DNA of 64,000 nucleotides from Lytechinus pictus (taxonomy: Eukaryota). Both the position numbers and the translations under genes were made by a program. Below, one piece after another: positions 25,447 through 37,536 of this stretch. Numbering within the stretch: the first letter of the stretch is position 1; every line of letters starts with the position of its first letter. The stretch covers positions 18,788,001-18,852,000 of the forward strand of contig NC_087251.1 of the NCBI RefSeq assembly GCF_037042905.1, in the 5' to 3' direction. The notes under the pieces are model-generated. The model searched no databases and had not been told where the DNA came from. It saw only the letters and a program-made list of their open reading frames with translations.

Positions 25447-25545
25447 CAGGGGCAGCAGAACCAGGGGGGGGGGGGGATAACCATCTGATTGTGACTTATG
25501 CATGGTCAGCCCCCCCCCCCCTTCAAAACCATTCCGCGCCCCCTG
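25447..25545. mobile_element. CAGGGG-ended MITE, 5-bp TSD
   Basis: TSD gtgga on both sides; opposite orientation to the 12033 copy. Confidence 0.75.
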
Positions 25546-27124
25546 GTGGACAGTGTATCTTGAAAATATGTACAATTTCATGGTATATTTGTTACTTAAA
25601 GTACATATATACAAACTCAGCAAAATGATTTACCACGTTCAATAAAAGTCCAGTGTGTTGCTTATTACTTTTTTCATAATTATTATCAATATGGTACTGT
25701 ATATATGACTCATTTATCATTTCCTCTGTAACCTAGATATAGAATGAATAATATGAAAGAAATATACTTCTCAGAAAATATAGTGTTATGATTATGATAT
25801 ACATTTCTTTATTGTTCTTCTTTTTTTCTGGGGGGTGCAATGTTGTGAAATTCATTATATATGAAATTTTTGAATTGTGGATGGAGCTTGTGCATGGAGT
25901 TTCTGAACTAGCGAGGTACTATATATTATCTTTTTAATTGTATGGGTGACAGTGGAATTTGATGTTTAGGGCAAGTGCTCCCTTTCAAATTGTCAGTAAT
26001 GCCTGTAAATTTTCCTCCAAGATTAAAATTTCTAGGTTTTTTATGTAAATCCCCTGATAATTTTTTACCTTCCACAAAGATGACACACCTATTTTGCATT
26101 CATACCCCTGCCACCGCCCCCCCCCCCCCTGATAGGTCTTTGATTGATTGAGTATGTGTGCATGTGGGGGTATGTTTTGCTTCTGCAGAACCAACCATTA
26201 CGGTAACTGGAATTCATTTCCTCTGACTGGGTCTCATAAATGCAAAACTGACCTTCCAGTTCTTTTAAAAGCATCAAAGCCTATGTCACATTTTCCAGTG
26301 TGTGCAATGAATTTGTAGAATTTTAAGGACAAGGGGGGGGGCAGTCCGGGTCACTGCTCCTACAAGTGGACACCATGCATGGCCGTGTACAATGCAAAAG
26401 TACAGTGTAAAATTGGATGTTCAGGTACGTATGTGCGTGGAGTTTATTAAAAGCTAGGTTATCAAAATTGCAATCTGGAAAAGGGGATAGTGTCGAGGAC
26501 ACATGAAAGCAAAATATATGAGACATTAGGAAAGGGAAACCTAACAAATTACTAAGTTGGGTTCAGCCTGAGTTTGAAAATTCATGGGATGTCTATATGC
26601 ATGAATGGTACGTGCTTGCACTTTTTCCGGCCATTAAATAGTGCATGCCTTCTAAAGAAATGACCATGCAGTGGAATAAAATATTTTGTGTCATTAATAA
26701 TAACAAATTCCCCCCCCCCCCATAGGCCCCCTTGCAGTTCAAACAAAAATGAATGTGATGGCCGGGGTGAGGGATAGATGAATACACATAAAGGCCTGGT
26801 ATAAAGGGCCCATAAAGGGTAATTAAAAATGCCCAAAATAGGAAAAAGTTTTTTTTTTATCAGAAAAGGGGTATTACGAAAATAGGAAAGGAAAAAAAAA
26901 TGGGAGAGGGCTCAAATCAAAGTGGATATATCATGATGTTCTTATGAATTTAATTAATGCTTGTGATTTTAATTGTGGTCCACAGTTTCATTTAATATTT
27001 GCATGTTTGTTATAAAAAGAAGAAAAAAATCCAAACAAACAATAGGGAAGAAAGGTGGCCACTTCAAAACGGGGTACAATCGGTGCCCATACCAATTTTG
27101 TAAAGTAAAGAGTTAGTAATAGTA

Positions 27125-27250
27125 GGCCGGCCGGCCATTAAGGTCGGGGCCGGGCCATGGCCACCAAGGAATATCGGCGGCGGCGCCGGGGGCCGGTACG
27201 TCGGTCTTAGCTCAAATTCCGCGGCCATTTTCGAACTTCTTGAGAAAACC
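27125..27250 (+). promoter_or_regulatory. GC/CpG-rich RNF8 promoter and 5'UTR
   Basis: GC-rich patch immediately upstream of the ATG; YY1-type GCGGCCATTTT near 27221. Confidence 0.6.
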
Positions 27251-27340
27251 ATGGCAGAAGGAACAGCAACTTGGTGCCTCAGAAAAGTCACAGGGAGTGA
27301 CCAAAAATACGGCTTGATTCCTTTGAAGAATGGAGAAGAG
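27251..27340 (+). CDS. RNF8: E3 ubiquitin ligase RNF8, exon 1
   Basis: ACCATGG start; MAEGTATWCLRKVTGSDQKYGLIPLKNGEE has the WCLRK motif of the RNF8 FHA N-terminus; phase-0 GTAATG donor joins VTVGRG of exon 2. Confidence 0.85.
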
Positions 27341-27507
27341 GTAATGTCACAATTAGTGTAATACTAAAGGGGAATTATTAATGCCTTGGATATAAAATTA
27401 TATCTAGCAAAGCGTCTAAAAGTGAATGAGGCTAAGCTACGCGGCAGCTTGCAGCTAGCAGTAGCAGCGCCTGAACTGGCGGCGGAGCAGCCAACGCCAA
27501 GAGGCCT

Positions 27508-28540
27508 GGGGCGGTATTCTGAAAACGTTCTTATCTTAATTTTGTTCTTATCTACGTCACGTTCTCAAATTGGTATTCTGAAAACGTTCTTATCTTTTTC
27601 TTATCTTTTGTTCTTATCTTTTGTTCTTATCTTTTTCTTATCTTGCTTTCCATCCTATGCTGCTGAGCGCATAAATACAAAAGCGCGCTAAAAAGATAAA
27701 AACAAAATAAAGATAAGTGGTATTCTGAAAACGTTCTTATCTTTTATCTTTCTTATCTTTTACGATATTTATGATAATATTTAAGATAGCTAGAGGGTTA
27801 TCACATCTCACGATGTTCGCGTTCTTTCTTGCTAAAAAAAGATGGCCACTGCCACTGGTAATAACATGTACGGTATTCTTTCCATCCTTTCTTTTATCCA
27901 CCCTTTATTTTGTTTTTCACCTTTTTTTCTATCCTTTTGTCTTTCTTTATCTATTTTCACTTTTTCTTCCTTTCTATCTGTCTATCTTCCTTTCTTTCAT
28001 TCTTCATTTATATCTTTTGCTTTATTCTTTTGAATTTTTTAATCTCTTCCTTATTCTTATTTACCTTTGTTTAATTTATTCTTCATCTTTCTTCCTTTTT
28101 TATTTTCCCTTTTCGTTCTTTTTCTTTCTTTCTTTGAAAAAACCTTTCTTTCGATTTCTTCCTTTACTTTTAGTCTTTATTTTTGCTTTAATTTCTCTTT
28201 CATTGTTTCATTTTCCTTTTTTCTCTCTTCACCTTTTACATTTTTTATTCCTTCTTTTTCGCTTTCTTTTTTTTTCTTTCACTTGTTTTTTCTGTTTTTT
28301 CAGTTCTTTATTCCATCATTTTATCCTTTTAATCTTTTTTGGTCCTTTTTTTTTTTTTTCTATAAGTTTCTTTCTTTCCTTTTCTTCATTTAAGTTCTTT
28401 TTGCTTTCTTTCTTTCGTTTACTCTTTCATTATTTTCTGCTTTGTTCCCTTCATTTTTTTATATTTCTGTTCATTCTGACCCTTTTCTATCTCCTTTCTT
28501 ACCTACTTACTTTCTTTCATCCTTCCTCCCTTCCTTCCTT
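27508..28540. mobile_element. Truncated copy of the GGGGCGGTATTCTGAAAACG TIR element with pyrimidine-rich interior
   Basis: First 350 bp or so nearly identical to 37537 onward; no right TIR found. Confidence 0.7.
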
Positions 28541-29097
28541 CCGGTAGCTATCGAAAATATCAATATCGACGAGCTTAGATTGCTGCTAAATGCACCACAT
28601 TTTATGTCTATTTAATGCTTCTCCGGCCACACAGCCGTAACGGTTGCGCGAATTGCGATCGATTGAAGCAGAAAGGCAAGTACTGATGAAAAAGGTCAAA
28701 AGTAAAGATTTAAATTCAATCTCATTTTATACTTACAGTTTATAGATTTATTCACATCAATGACATCGATAATGTACTCCATACTTTCCAATGTCTAGAT
28801 CGCTACGTCCTTAGAAAGTGCGATTCATTTTGAGAATGCGTGTCAATGACCGACTACATCTACGGACCGCATGCGCGCCGCGCCACGCCCTTACTCAATC
28901 CAAAGATTGTTCCGACTTTGTTTGGAAGCCTCGGAAGAAAACTTCCGAGGCTTCCAAATAATGGGCATCGGTATTCATGAGACGATATAATTTGCATGTT
29001 TGTTTTGTTTTCAGATACTCACTGAAACTATGACTCTCATAATTAAGACTTCTGCTGATGATGTTTATACTAATAATATCCAATCAAGATTCGTTTA

Positions 29098-29490
29098 TCA
29101 CTGTCAATTATTGCTATGTTCATTTGTATTGTTCTATACTCGCCTATAAAATAATGAATGTGTCCATCACGAGCGGGAGAAATATTTTTAGTCATTCATC
29201 ATACTTTAATATTACGATTTTGTTCTTATTATAATTAATTGCGATTTAAAATGTTTTAAAAGTAAAGCTTAATTGACAGGAAAGTAGATTTATACTCACT
29301 GTCAATTATTGCTATATGTTCATTTGTATTGTTCTATACTCGCCTATAAAATAATGAATGTGTCCATCACGAGCGGGAGAAATATTTTTAGTCATTCATC
29401 ATACTTTAATATTACGATTTTGTTCTTATTATAATTAATTGCGATTTAAAATGTTTAGAAAGTAAAGCTTAATTGACAGGAAAGCAGATT
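29098..29490. repeat. Tandem duplication, about 200-bp unit x2
   Basis: TCACTGTCAATTATTGCTAT... repeats at 29098 and 29297. Confidence 0.9.
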
Positions 29491-30369
29491 TGTATTTTTA
29501 AATAATGCACTATGTAGGCCTACAAATACAGCGTGTGTGAAAGAGAGGAAGAGGGGGGGGGTTGTAGCTAGGATGGTCGAAGGGGGAGCGCGAAAGGGGA
29601 GGGGTCGTGGCGTGGACAATGACAAGGGGATGTTGAGATCGTACGTGTGTGTGGGATCGGTGAAGAAGTCAATATTTGAAGCGAATGCATATTTATAGAC
29701 ATGTCTATACTACTACTGATGATGACGGCTGAATAATCTTTCTTTACATGTATATTTTGGCGATTTTAAATTTTTAAAATATTTTCTTGCACCATGAGTG
29801 GGAAGATCGAGGTACGTGATTCAATAAATTGCATCAGTTTTCAAGTTACAGAAATTCACGAACAGATTATTAAAATTGAAAAAAAAAAAGAGTCAGAAAG
29901 ATCTTTTTATAGCCCCCATCCAGCGTAAACAACATGAAGAATATTTGAGGTCACGAAACCAGCTGATTCGCATTCATACAACAGGTTTAACAGGTCACGC
30001 ACATGGTACACAGTCATTCCAAGGGCGGGAATTCGGGGAAACCCGTTTTCAAGCACAATGATTGGCTCAACCCAGAAAGTGAATACTAATTAGATCACGT
30101 GCCATCGGCTTTGGGGCGTCTCGTTCACATTCCAATTCATTTCATAAATATAATCCACTCGCAGTAATTAGGCTAACGACGTTGTAAAGATAACTCTCTA
30201 TATAAAACACAATTCCGATATAAAACATATATAACGACATAAGTGAAATTGAAAAATTCATCCAGCGATATTCAAATTATACTAGCGACTCATGTGGGCG
30301 TGGGCAAACGAAATACATATCCTCTAAAACGTTCACACATATCAACTTCAATAATTCGTACTTGAAATG

Positions 30370-30526
30370 CAGGGGCCGCGGAAAGGTCTTGAAAGTGGGG
30401 GGGGGGGGGGGCTGACCACCATGCAAAAAACGCAATCAGGTGGTCCTGTTTTTGTACACGGTTTTGGAAAAAAAAGTGGGGGAGCTGAAGCCCACCCAGC
30501 CCCCCCCCCCTGTTTCTGCGGCCCTG
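30370..30526. mobile_element. CAGGGG-ended MITE, 5-bp TSD
   Basis: TSD aaatg at 30365-30369 and 30527-30531. Confidence 0.8.
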
Positions 30527-32078
30527 AAATGAATATCTGTGAATGAATTGTCAATTCCACTTTGTTGAATGTGTACTTTTATTGAAATCTATTGAATCAC
30601 GTACCCCTCCCGACCAAGTCCAAGGGTTGATTTTCCACTCGCCATAAAGATTATGCAGCCACAATCACAGTAGACACATCCATAAAAGAATATTAATTTA
30701 ATTCGCTCCGAACATTGAATTCTTTTCGCCAATCCCCTCCCCCACAAAGTCACAAACATCCCATCATTTTCATTTACATTGCCCACGACCACCTCCCATT
30801 ATTCTCTTTCTCCTTTACATAAATTAATTTCAAATAATATTTTATTTTAAATCGTAGTTGTTACCGGGAGTTGTTAAGCAATTGTACAACAAATTCATGA
30901 AGCATTCACTGTAATGACTAATTGGCAGGCAAAGAGTAATAAAGAACAATACAAATGAAAATACACTGTACGTATAACTCACATTAAAAAATGAGTCGTA
31001 ATATGATAAAAAGCGTGAATAAAATTAATAAAGATTATTACTTATGAAAATTATAACAGATTCAATGAATATCTGAAGAAAAAAAAAACATTCAAATCGG
31101 TTTTGGATCCCATCTAATTTTGGAAGACTCGGATAGATTTTGATGCCATGTGCGATTTGTATTATGTATGTGGCCATGGCGAGCGCTAGTGCAGTGACAC
31201 AGAACTTGGTAGACACACCGTCGCGAAATTAATCAACACTTTCAAAAGATCGATGTAGAGATCAAGACTTTGGAAATTATGGAGTAAAATTGGAATATAA
31301 ATGTGAATAATCATTTTGCTGTAAGTAAATGAGTTGGACATTATATCAATCCATTCCTGTGGCTGTGGCTTTGTCATTATTAACGTGATCTTTTAATAAT
31401 TTTCTCAATTCGTTCTACGGCAGTGTCATCAGAAATGCATTCAATGAATTCATGTAGATGTAGCTATAATAAGGCTGGGGCCTGGGACGAGATGAAACTA
31501 AATTTCGATCGAATTTTTATATTATTTTTTGACACACTTTACTTTTGACAAAATAAATGACAATATCAACTGAAATTCGTAACATCTAAATTACATTGCC
31601 CAACCCAGTAACCCACGGTACCCCTCTCTTCTCACTTTATTTTTGAGCGTATTTTACTACCATTTTAAAGACGTAAATAATGAGAGCAATGCGATACGCA
31701 AATGCGAGGTAAACATCTTCGCACTTCCCAGATAAGAGAGAGAGAGTTAAATTGGGCCTCGAGTCGAGGTCGTATCGTATACAGCATAGTAGCGAAGCAA
31801 AGAAATCCCGGGAAGAAATCGTGGAAGAAATAATCGACAAGTTTATTTTAGGATCTGAAAAGCAGATTGTTTTTATTTTAAATATATTATTCAGTTTTTT
31901 GTGTGGATCTAGGCCTGTTTTACAGTTGTCGGCCACGGTTGTCGGGGAAGTTCACGGTTGGCGGATTTGCCCTGAAAATTTTCAGGGTTGTCGGCGCCCG
32001 CCAACCGTGACGCGTGGTAGCGAGAACGTTGCGCAACCCCCATACTCCATAGGCCATACCATACCGTAAGTTGCGTAA

Positions 32079-32707
32079 CCGTAAGGGCTCTAGTATTCAA
32101 CCCGTTTGTAGTTTCCTCAAATATATAGAAATATGTAATTCACCTTAATTTCAGACCTGTCTTATTTCAAAGAGCAAATGCTGGTTATTCTTTTTGCGTT
32201 ATTTTTTTCTTCAACCCGTCAACTGTGCGTGCAGGCGATCAAATTATACGGCGATGGTTTTTGGCACTAGCATTCAACCCGTCGTCGGCACTAGTAGTAT
32301 TCAACCTAGCGATGAAAGATGGCCCTGTCTCTCAATCTGCCCTTGTCCCATCCGACTATGGACAATCGACTAGACCATTTGAGATGAGACCAAACAGGGA
32401 ATTAGTCAAAGCCAGATACTTACATAATTTTAGATCTAGTTTAGCAATCTAAACCACTTTGAAGTTTGAGATTCTTTATCTATCATCACTAGGTTGAATA
32501 CTAGTGCATTTCAGTGCAAAAGGTCATCGCTGCATAATTCGACCCTCCGTGCATACAGTCCACAGATTGATAAAGAAAATACTGACAACAGATTACCCTG
32601 GAAATAACAAAGGTATGAAATTAAGATAAATTCCCTATTTCTAAATATTTGGGGGAATTTGTCAAAATCTTTGACTTACGACGGGTTGAATATTAGTGCC
32701 CGTACGG
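32079..32707. mobile_element. Foldback MITE with CCGTA ends (Tc1/pogo-like)
   Basis: CCGTAAGGGCTCTAGTATTCAACCCGT ... ACGGGTTGAATATTAGTGCCCGTACGG; inverted similarity extends inward. Confidence 0.7.
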
Positions 32708-33070
32708 TACGCGGTGTTACTGTTAGGAAGGAAGATAACACGAAATTTGGTATTCTGAAATGGTGTTAGCTACAATTATGTTCAAAGATAACACAAACAT
32801 TTAACACTGCGTTAAGGACAGGTTAAGTTGGGGATGACGATGCTGCACTTTTTCTAGCAGACGCCGGGGCAGACGCAAACGTCAAAAAGAACATATACAG
32901 GCATATAGCTATCGTCTGGCAGAATTTACTGTAATTTTCTTTCATTTTTCCAGCTTTATTTTCCATCTACCTTTCTCTCTACTAACAATGATGAAACAAC
33001 AATTTCTTTGGAATTTCCTGTGAAAATACACTTCAAATGCATCTTTAATTTTGGTCAATTAAAGCCATTA

Positions 33071-35251
33071 GGGTGATTCCATACGTGTCGTACGGGACAT
33101 TTAGAGAACATTTGACAGTTTTTTGACAAGAAAAACAAAAAATATTCCAGTAACTAAAGGTGATCATCAAGTACTACCAGAGTGTTAGAAAAACCAAGGC
33201 TTAACATGACTTGAATTCACATCCTGTATAATACAGATTTAAAATAGTAATGTGTCGTACGGACGCAGAAAAAGTGGCTTTTTTCGAAACCTCAAGTTTG
33301 TACTCTAAAGTCTGTGAGTTGGACAGATAATTTTCATAGAAACTGAACTCAAATTGATATTCAATTACCCAAGAACAAACACATCTATGAAAGAAAGCAA
33401 AATAAACATTCATGAATAAATAAAGCAAATTACAATTTTCGAGAACATTGTGGCGTACGGGACACTCAAAATGTGACGTACGGGACATCTCTAAATTGAA
33501 ACCAAACTTTCTTACTTTATGTCTCTTTGACTTCTTCAATCAATTTATTTGGCTGATGATAATGATAGTCCTATCAAACTAAAGACATTCATTATGTTAG
33601 AAACCGCAATTGGCTGAATATTTCTGTTAATATATCATAAACAAAATAATGTGTCGTACGGGACACTTGTGTGTCGTACAGGACACTTGTGTGTCGTACG
33701 GGACACTTGTGTGTCGTACGGGACACTAGTGTGTTGTACAGGCACTTGGGTGTTGTACTGGGCAGTCTAAATAAAACAATGAACTTTTATCAATCAGAAG
33801 GGGAGCATTGCCCCTAAATTCTACCTTTTTAATGAAAAGTCTTTTAGTCATTCAGGACAATATAATTAAGTAACCTCAATATATACAATCGGGAGCAATG
33901 TGTTATCATTTTTTTTCATGATGAGAAATGTACAAGGGTTCACAGCATTTTTACAAGCTGAAAAACTTGAGGTTTTGTGTGAAGTTACATTTTAGTGAAT
34001 TAATTGATGATTTCCAATACATTATTTAAACAATGAATGAATGAAACTGTTTGTGTAAATTATGGGGCTAAAATGTTATATTTTTTCATATAAAATGTAT
34101 ATATACATGATATATGTCACAACTGTCACTTGTAATTCCACAAAATATTTTTTTCTAAAGAAATGCGGTTCTACTTTTTCAAACCTTTCTGCATTTCATG
34201 AAACCATATGGTTTGTCTTATTTTCCAGATTTTTTTTTACAACTTGAAAAAAGTAAGGAGTTTCAATACTGTATATAAAAAAATTAGTGATCATCAAGGG
34301 AAGTCCAAATAGTTGATTGATATGTAATTTTTTAATTTTTTTACATCATATAATAATTCCACATTAACATGCAAGAGGAAGTCATCTTCCAGGCTGGGAT
34401 GAATCAATTATAAAGGTTTTCTTTTCATGCTCAGTGACAAAGAAATTAACCTGCTCTGACCAGTGAAAATCACCAGTTTAGCTAAAGGGATTCACAAAAG
34501 AATACACCTACATGAAATCAATTAAAATGGTTAGAATCACCTATTTCATGTTTTATGGAGATAAAAAAAAATATTTTTTCAGTTCATTTTATGTCAAATC
34601 AATTACTTGAATCAAAATAGGCCTACTATTTATAGTTTCTGAATCCAAATCCTGCAATTAAATGCATTATATATTGCGTGTCGTACGGGACGTGTCCCGT
34701 ACGACACACACTGTACGGGACAACTTTTAATAGGAAAATTATTGAAAAATGAAGGGCAGAGATTAGATCCTTATGGGATAAATCGATCACCCATGGGTCA
34801 AAGAAAGAGAAACTGATATTGTGAAATTGCATCATCAAAAATAAAATTGTAGGAAAAACTTTTGCATTTATATGTGTCGTACGGGACATTGCCAAAAATG
34901 GGTTCGGAAAAATCATGGCTGTCCCTATTATGGATCATGAAAATGTTGTAAATATTATTTGGAACCATCAATGATACATTATTCCATTGACCTGCAATAT
35001 TTACAATCTTCTCGTGCTTTACCAATAATCATTTCAGGCAGTGTTTGTACTGACTATTTAATTAGCAAAATTATTGAAAATTGAAAATTCCATTGTTTCC
35101 CCCCAAAAAAACCATATCCGACTTCACTTTTGGTTAAAACTCATAATTTTCGTAAAATTTAGGTATCATAGTAAAATATTACACTACTTATGACTTATTG
35201 AAAGCAATTTGAAATTTATGATATTTTTGAAGTTCTAGTGTGGAATCGCCC
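33071..35251. mobile_element. 2.2-kb non-autonomous TIR transposon, 4-bp TSD (Sola2-like ends)
   Basis: GGGTGATTCCATAC ... GTGTGGAATCGCCC; TSD atta; more than 10 copies of the motif GTGTCGTACGGGAC. Confidence 0.8.
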
Positions 35252-35315
35252 ATTATCATAAATGCTCATGAGTTATTTACTTGGTTACTTTTTGCCATAA
35301 TATAAAATAATAATT

Positions 35316-35354
35316 GCCTCCGACGAAGATTCTGCTAGGATCGAAAGCTTAGGC
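35316..35354 (+). ncRNA. Minimal type I hammerhead ribozyme-like motif (Penelope/retrozyme type), copy 1
   Basis: GCCU-CCGACGA-A-GAUUCU(GCU)AGGAUC-GAAA-GC-UU-AGGC: 4-bp helix I, 6-bp helix II, palindromic AAGCUU in place of helix III; the core has C at the usual U4. Confidence 0.6.
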
Positions 35355-35879
35355 CCCTTTTGACTTTCTAATTTACTCCATTGGCTCTCTTTTATTAGAT
35401 AAGCAGTTTTCAGCAGCTTCTTTTTGCCATAATATAAAAAAGACGGGAAGGAGAGGAAGAAACTTTAAAACTAATGTTGTAACCCGCAAGTGAAAACCCG
35501 AACCGTACCGTCCCGTATAATCCAATAATTTAGAAGCGGGACCCGCTGACCCGTCGGGTTTTAACCCGCAAGTCAATTTATCTTTGAAAAATGAAAAATA
35601 TTATTTCTGCAATCCCCACACTATACAGGCTCAAATCAGGAAAATATATGCCAACTACTAACCTAGCCTAGAGTGAATTTACTTACAATTTGCAAATTCG
35701 CCTTTTATTCCGGAGAGAAAATGTTTTTTTGGGTGACTTTGTACCACGAAATGGGTCCGCTCTGATCTCGAAATTGAAAGCATTAAGCAATTAACTCCTC
35801 TGATTGGAGCCGCAGCTCAGCGCGCGCTAGCTAGCCCAGGCTGCCCAGCAAAGATCGGCAATGTTGTTTTTCAGTCCAG

Positions 35880-36003
35880 GGTCCCGTAACACAAAGGTTA
35901 GCGATTCATCGTACGCTTGATTTCCCAATTGTACATTGTAGTCAATGGAATCGATCGTAGAAAAATGTTCTACGATCATTGCTAAGTTTTGTGTTACGGG
36001 CCC
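35880..36003. mobile_element. Small Harbinger-like MITE
   Basis: GGTCCCGTAACACAAAG ... TTTTGTGTTACGGGCCC with CAG flanks. Confidence 0.7.
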
Positions 36004-36220
36004 CAGGTCGGTCAACACGGCGACTCACAACAATCATAATTACAATATTCAATTCTATGGGACCTCGTCTATAAAGTAATCAAAATTGAAATAAATACCA
36101 GGATAATGATACAGTCAATTTTTTCTTGTATATCTCCATATTATTTCCATCTGTTTTTGTATTTCTTCCAATTCTTTGTAAACTAATACAAACGTGCACG
36201 AGGGCGCCCATGAACTTACG

Positions 36221-37351
36221 TCATCATCACGGGTACACAGCAACAGAACGAAAGTTCCATGACGCTGTGGTCGGGTGCAGATGCGACATTGATTAATTTA
36301 GAGCAGCTTTAAATTTGTCAAGGGATTGCATTGACGTAGTGGTTAAGGGAAGGTCGTTCCAGTCCCGTATGGTTCTGGGCAGGAAAGAGTACAGGTGCCT
36401 ATCAGTTCTGGATTCGATGATATTGTAGGCATCTGGTGTGAAGCGTCGACTTGGACGGCTGGAGTTTCTAAGGTGGAGTTTGGTTGACGTTACTGGAGAT
36501 TCCCCCTTATGAATTAAGTAGAACTGGCTCAATCTGGCATTGAGTCGTCTGTCAACAAGACTTTCCCACTCTAATTGTTTTAGCATCTTGGAAACACTGG
36601 ACTTACGACTGTAGTCGTTGATCACAAAACGAGCGGCTCTTCTCTGAACTTTATCTAACATATGAATGTATTTAGCCTGGTAGGGATCAGTGACAGCAGA
36701 CGCATACTCCAGGTGTGGACGAACAAGAGCTTTGTAAGCTTTACCTTCAATGGTATCAGAGCTGCACTGATGGATATTTCTTTGAAGGATACCAAGAATC
36801 TTATTTGCTTTGCTGACTATTCGCTGATAGTGTGATTTCCAAGTAAGATCAGAAGAAATCGTTACTCCAAGGTAGGTATGTTCATGAACTCGATCCAGAG
36901 TTTCTCCGATCAAGGTGTACTCATGAAGGAGTTTCGATCTCATCAGACCCAGGGACATGATATTACACTTCTCAGGGTTAAAGGTCATCTGCCACTTCGA
37001 AGCCCATTGACAAACAACGTCAAGATCCTTTTGGAGCCTGAAACAATCTTGAACACTGGAGACGGTGGTGTATAAGATGCAGTCGTCAGCAAACAGTCGC
37101 ACATTGCACTGAAGCTCTTCTACAATGTCGTTGATGTAGATTAAAAATAACAACGGGCCTAATACAGTCCCTTGTGGGACCCCGGATAATACTGGGTGCC
37201 ATTTTGTGGTTACCCCATTGATGACAACACATTGTTGTCGCTGGGTCAAGAACATATTAATCCAGTACAAAACTTTATTTCTGATGCCATAATGGTGTAA
37301 TTTTGATTTAAGCCTTTCGTGAGGCACGCAGTCGAAGGCTTTGGTGAAGGT
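36221..37351 (-). mobile_element. 5'-truncated CR1-group LINE: reverse transcriptase and C-terminal domain (ORF 36293-37350)
   Basis: FTKAFDCVPH...SGVPQGTVLGPLLFLIYINDI...LFADDCILY...RPHLEYAS...VQRRAARFV; open frame of about 350 codons; truncated at the DFxKAFD motif; short 3'UTR ending in TGATGATGA. Confidence 0.92.
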
Positions 37352-37536
37352 GAACAGCTCGTGTTACTAGTGCTTAGCTAGGCTTTTATTTATTTATTAT
37401 TTTTTATCTCTCTCGATCGATCGGTCAAGAGAGAGGTATTTGCAAGAAACTTGCAATCCATTGCAATCCAATTTTACATCTTCAGAAATCTTAAAGACTT
37501 TCAATCAATTGTACATTGGAAAAAATTAAGAGATCT

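Noticed and set aside
27064..27291. Divergent gene starting MAAEFELR at the RNF8 promoter
   Set aside because: AAAATGGCCGC is a YY1-type motif in GC-rich promoter DNA; no homology or downstream exons found.
27771..28547. 258-aa Phe/Leu-rich membrane-protein-like ORF (also 9171-9630 and 37803-38923)
   Set aside because: Polypyrimidine low-complexity tracts that lack stop codons by composition.
31025..31216. Signal-peptide-like ORF MSTKFCVTALALAM...
   Set aside because: Starts at GTG with an in-frame stop just upstream and has no supporting exon structure.
33650..33760. CRISPR-like short repeats
   Set aside because: Head-to-tail 20-bp units with no unique spacers, inside a eukaryotic transposon.
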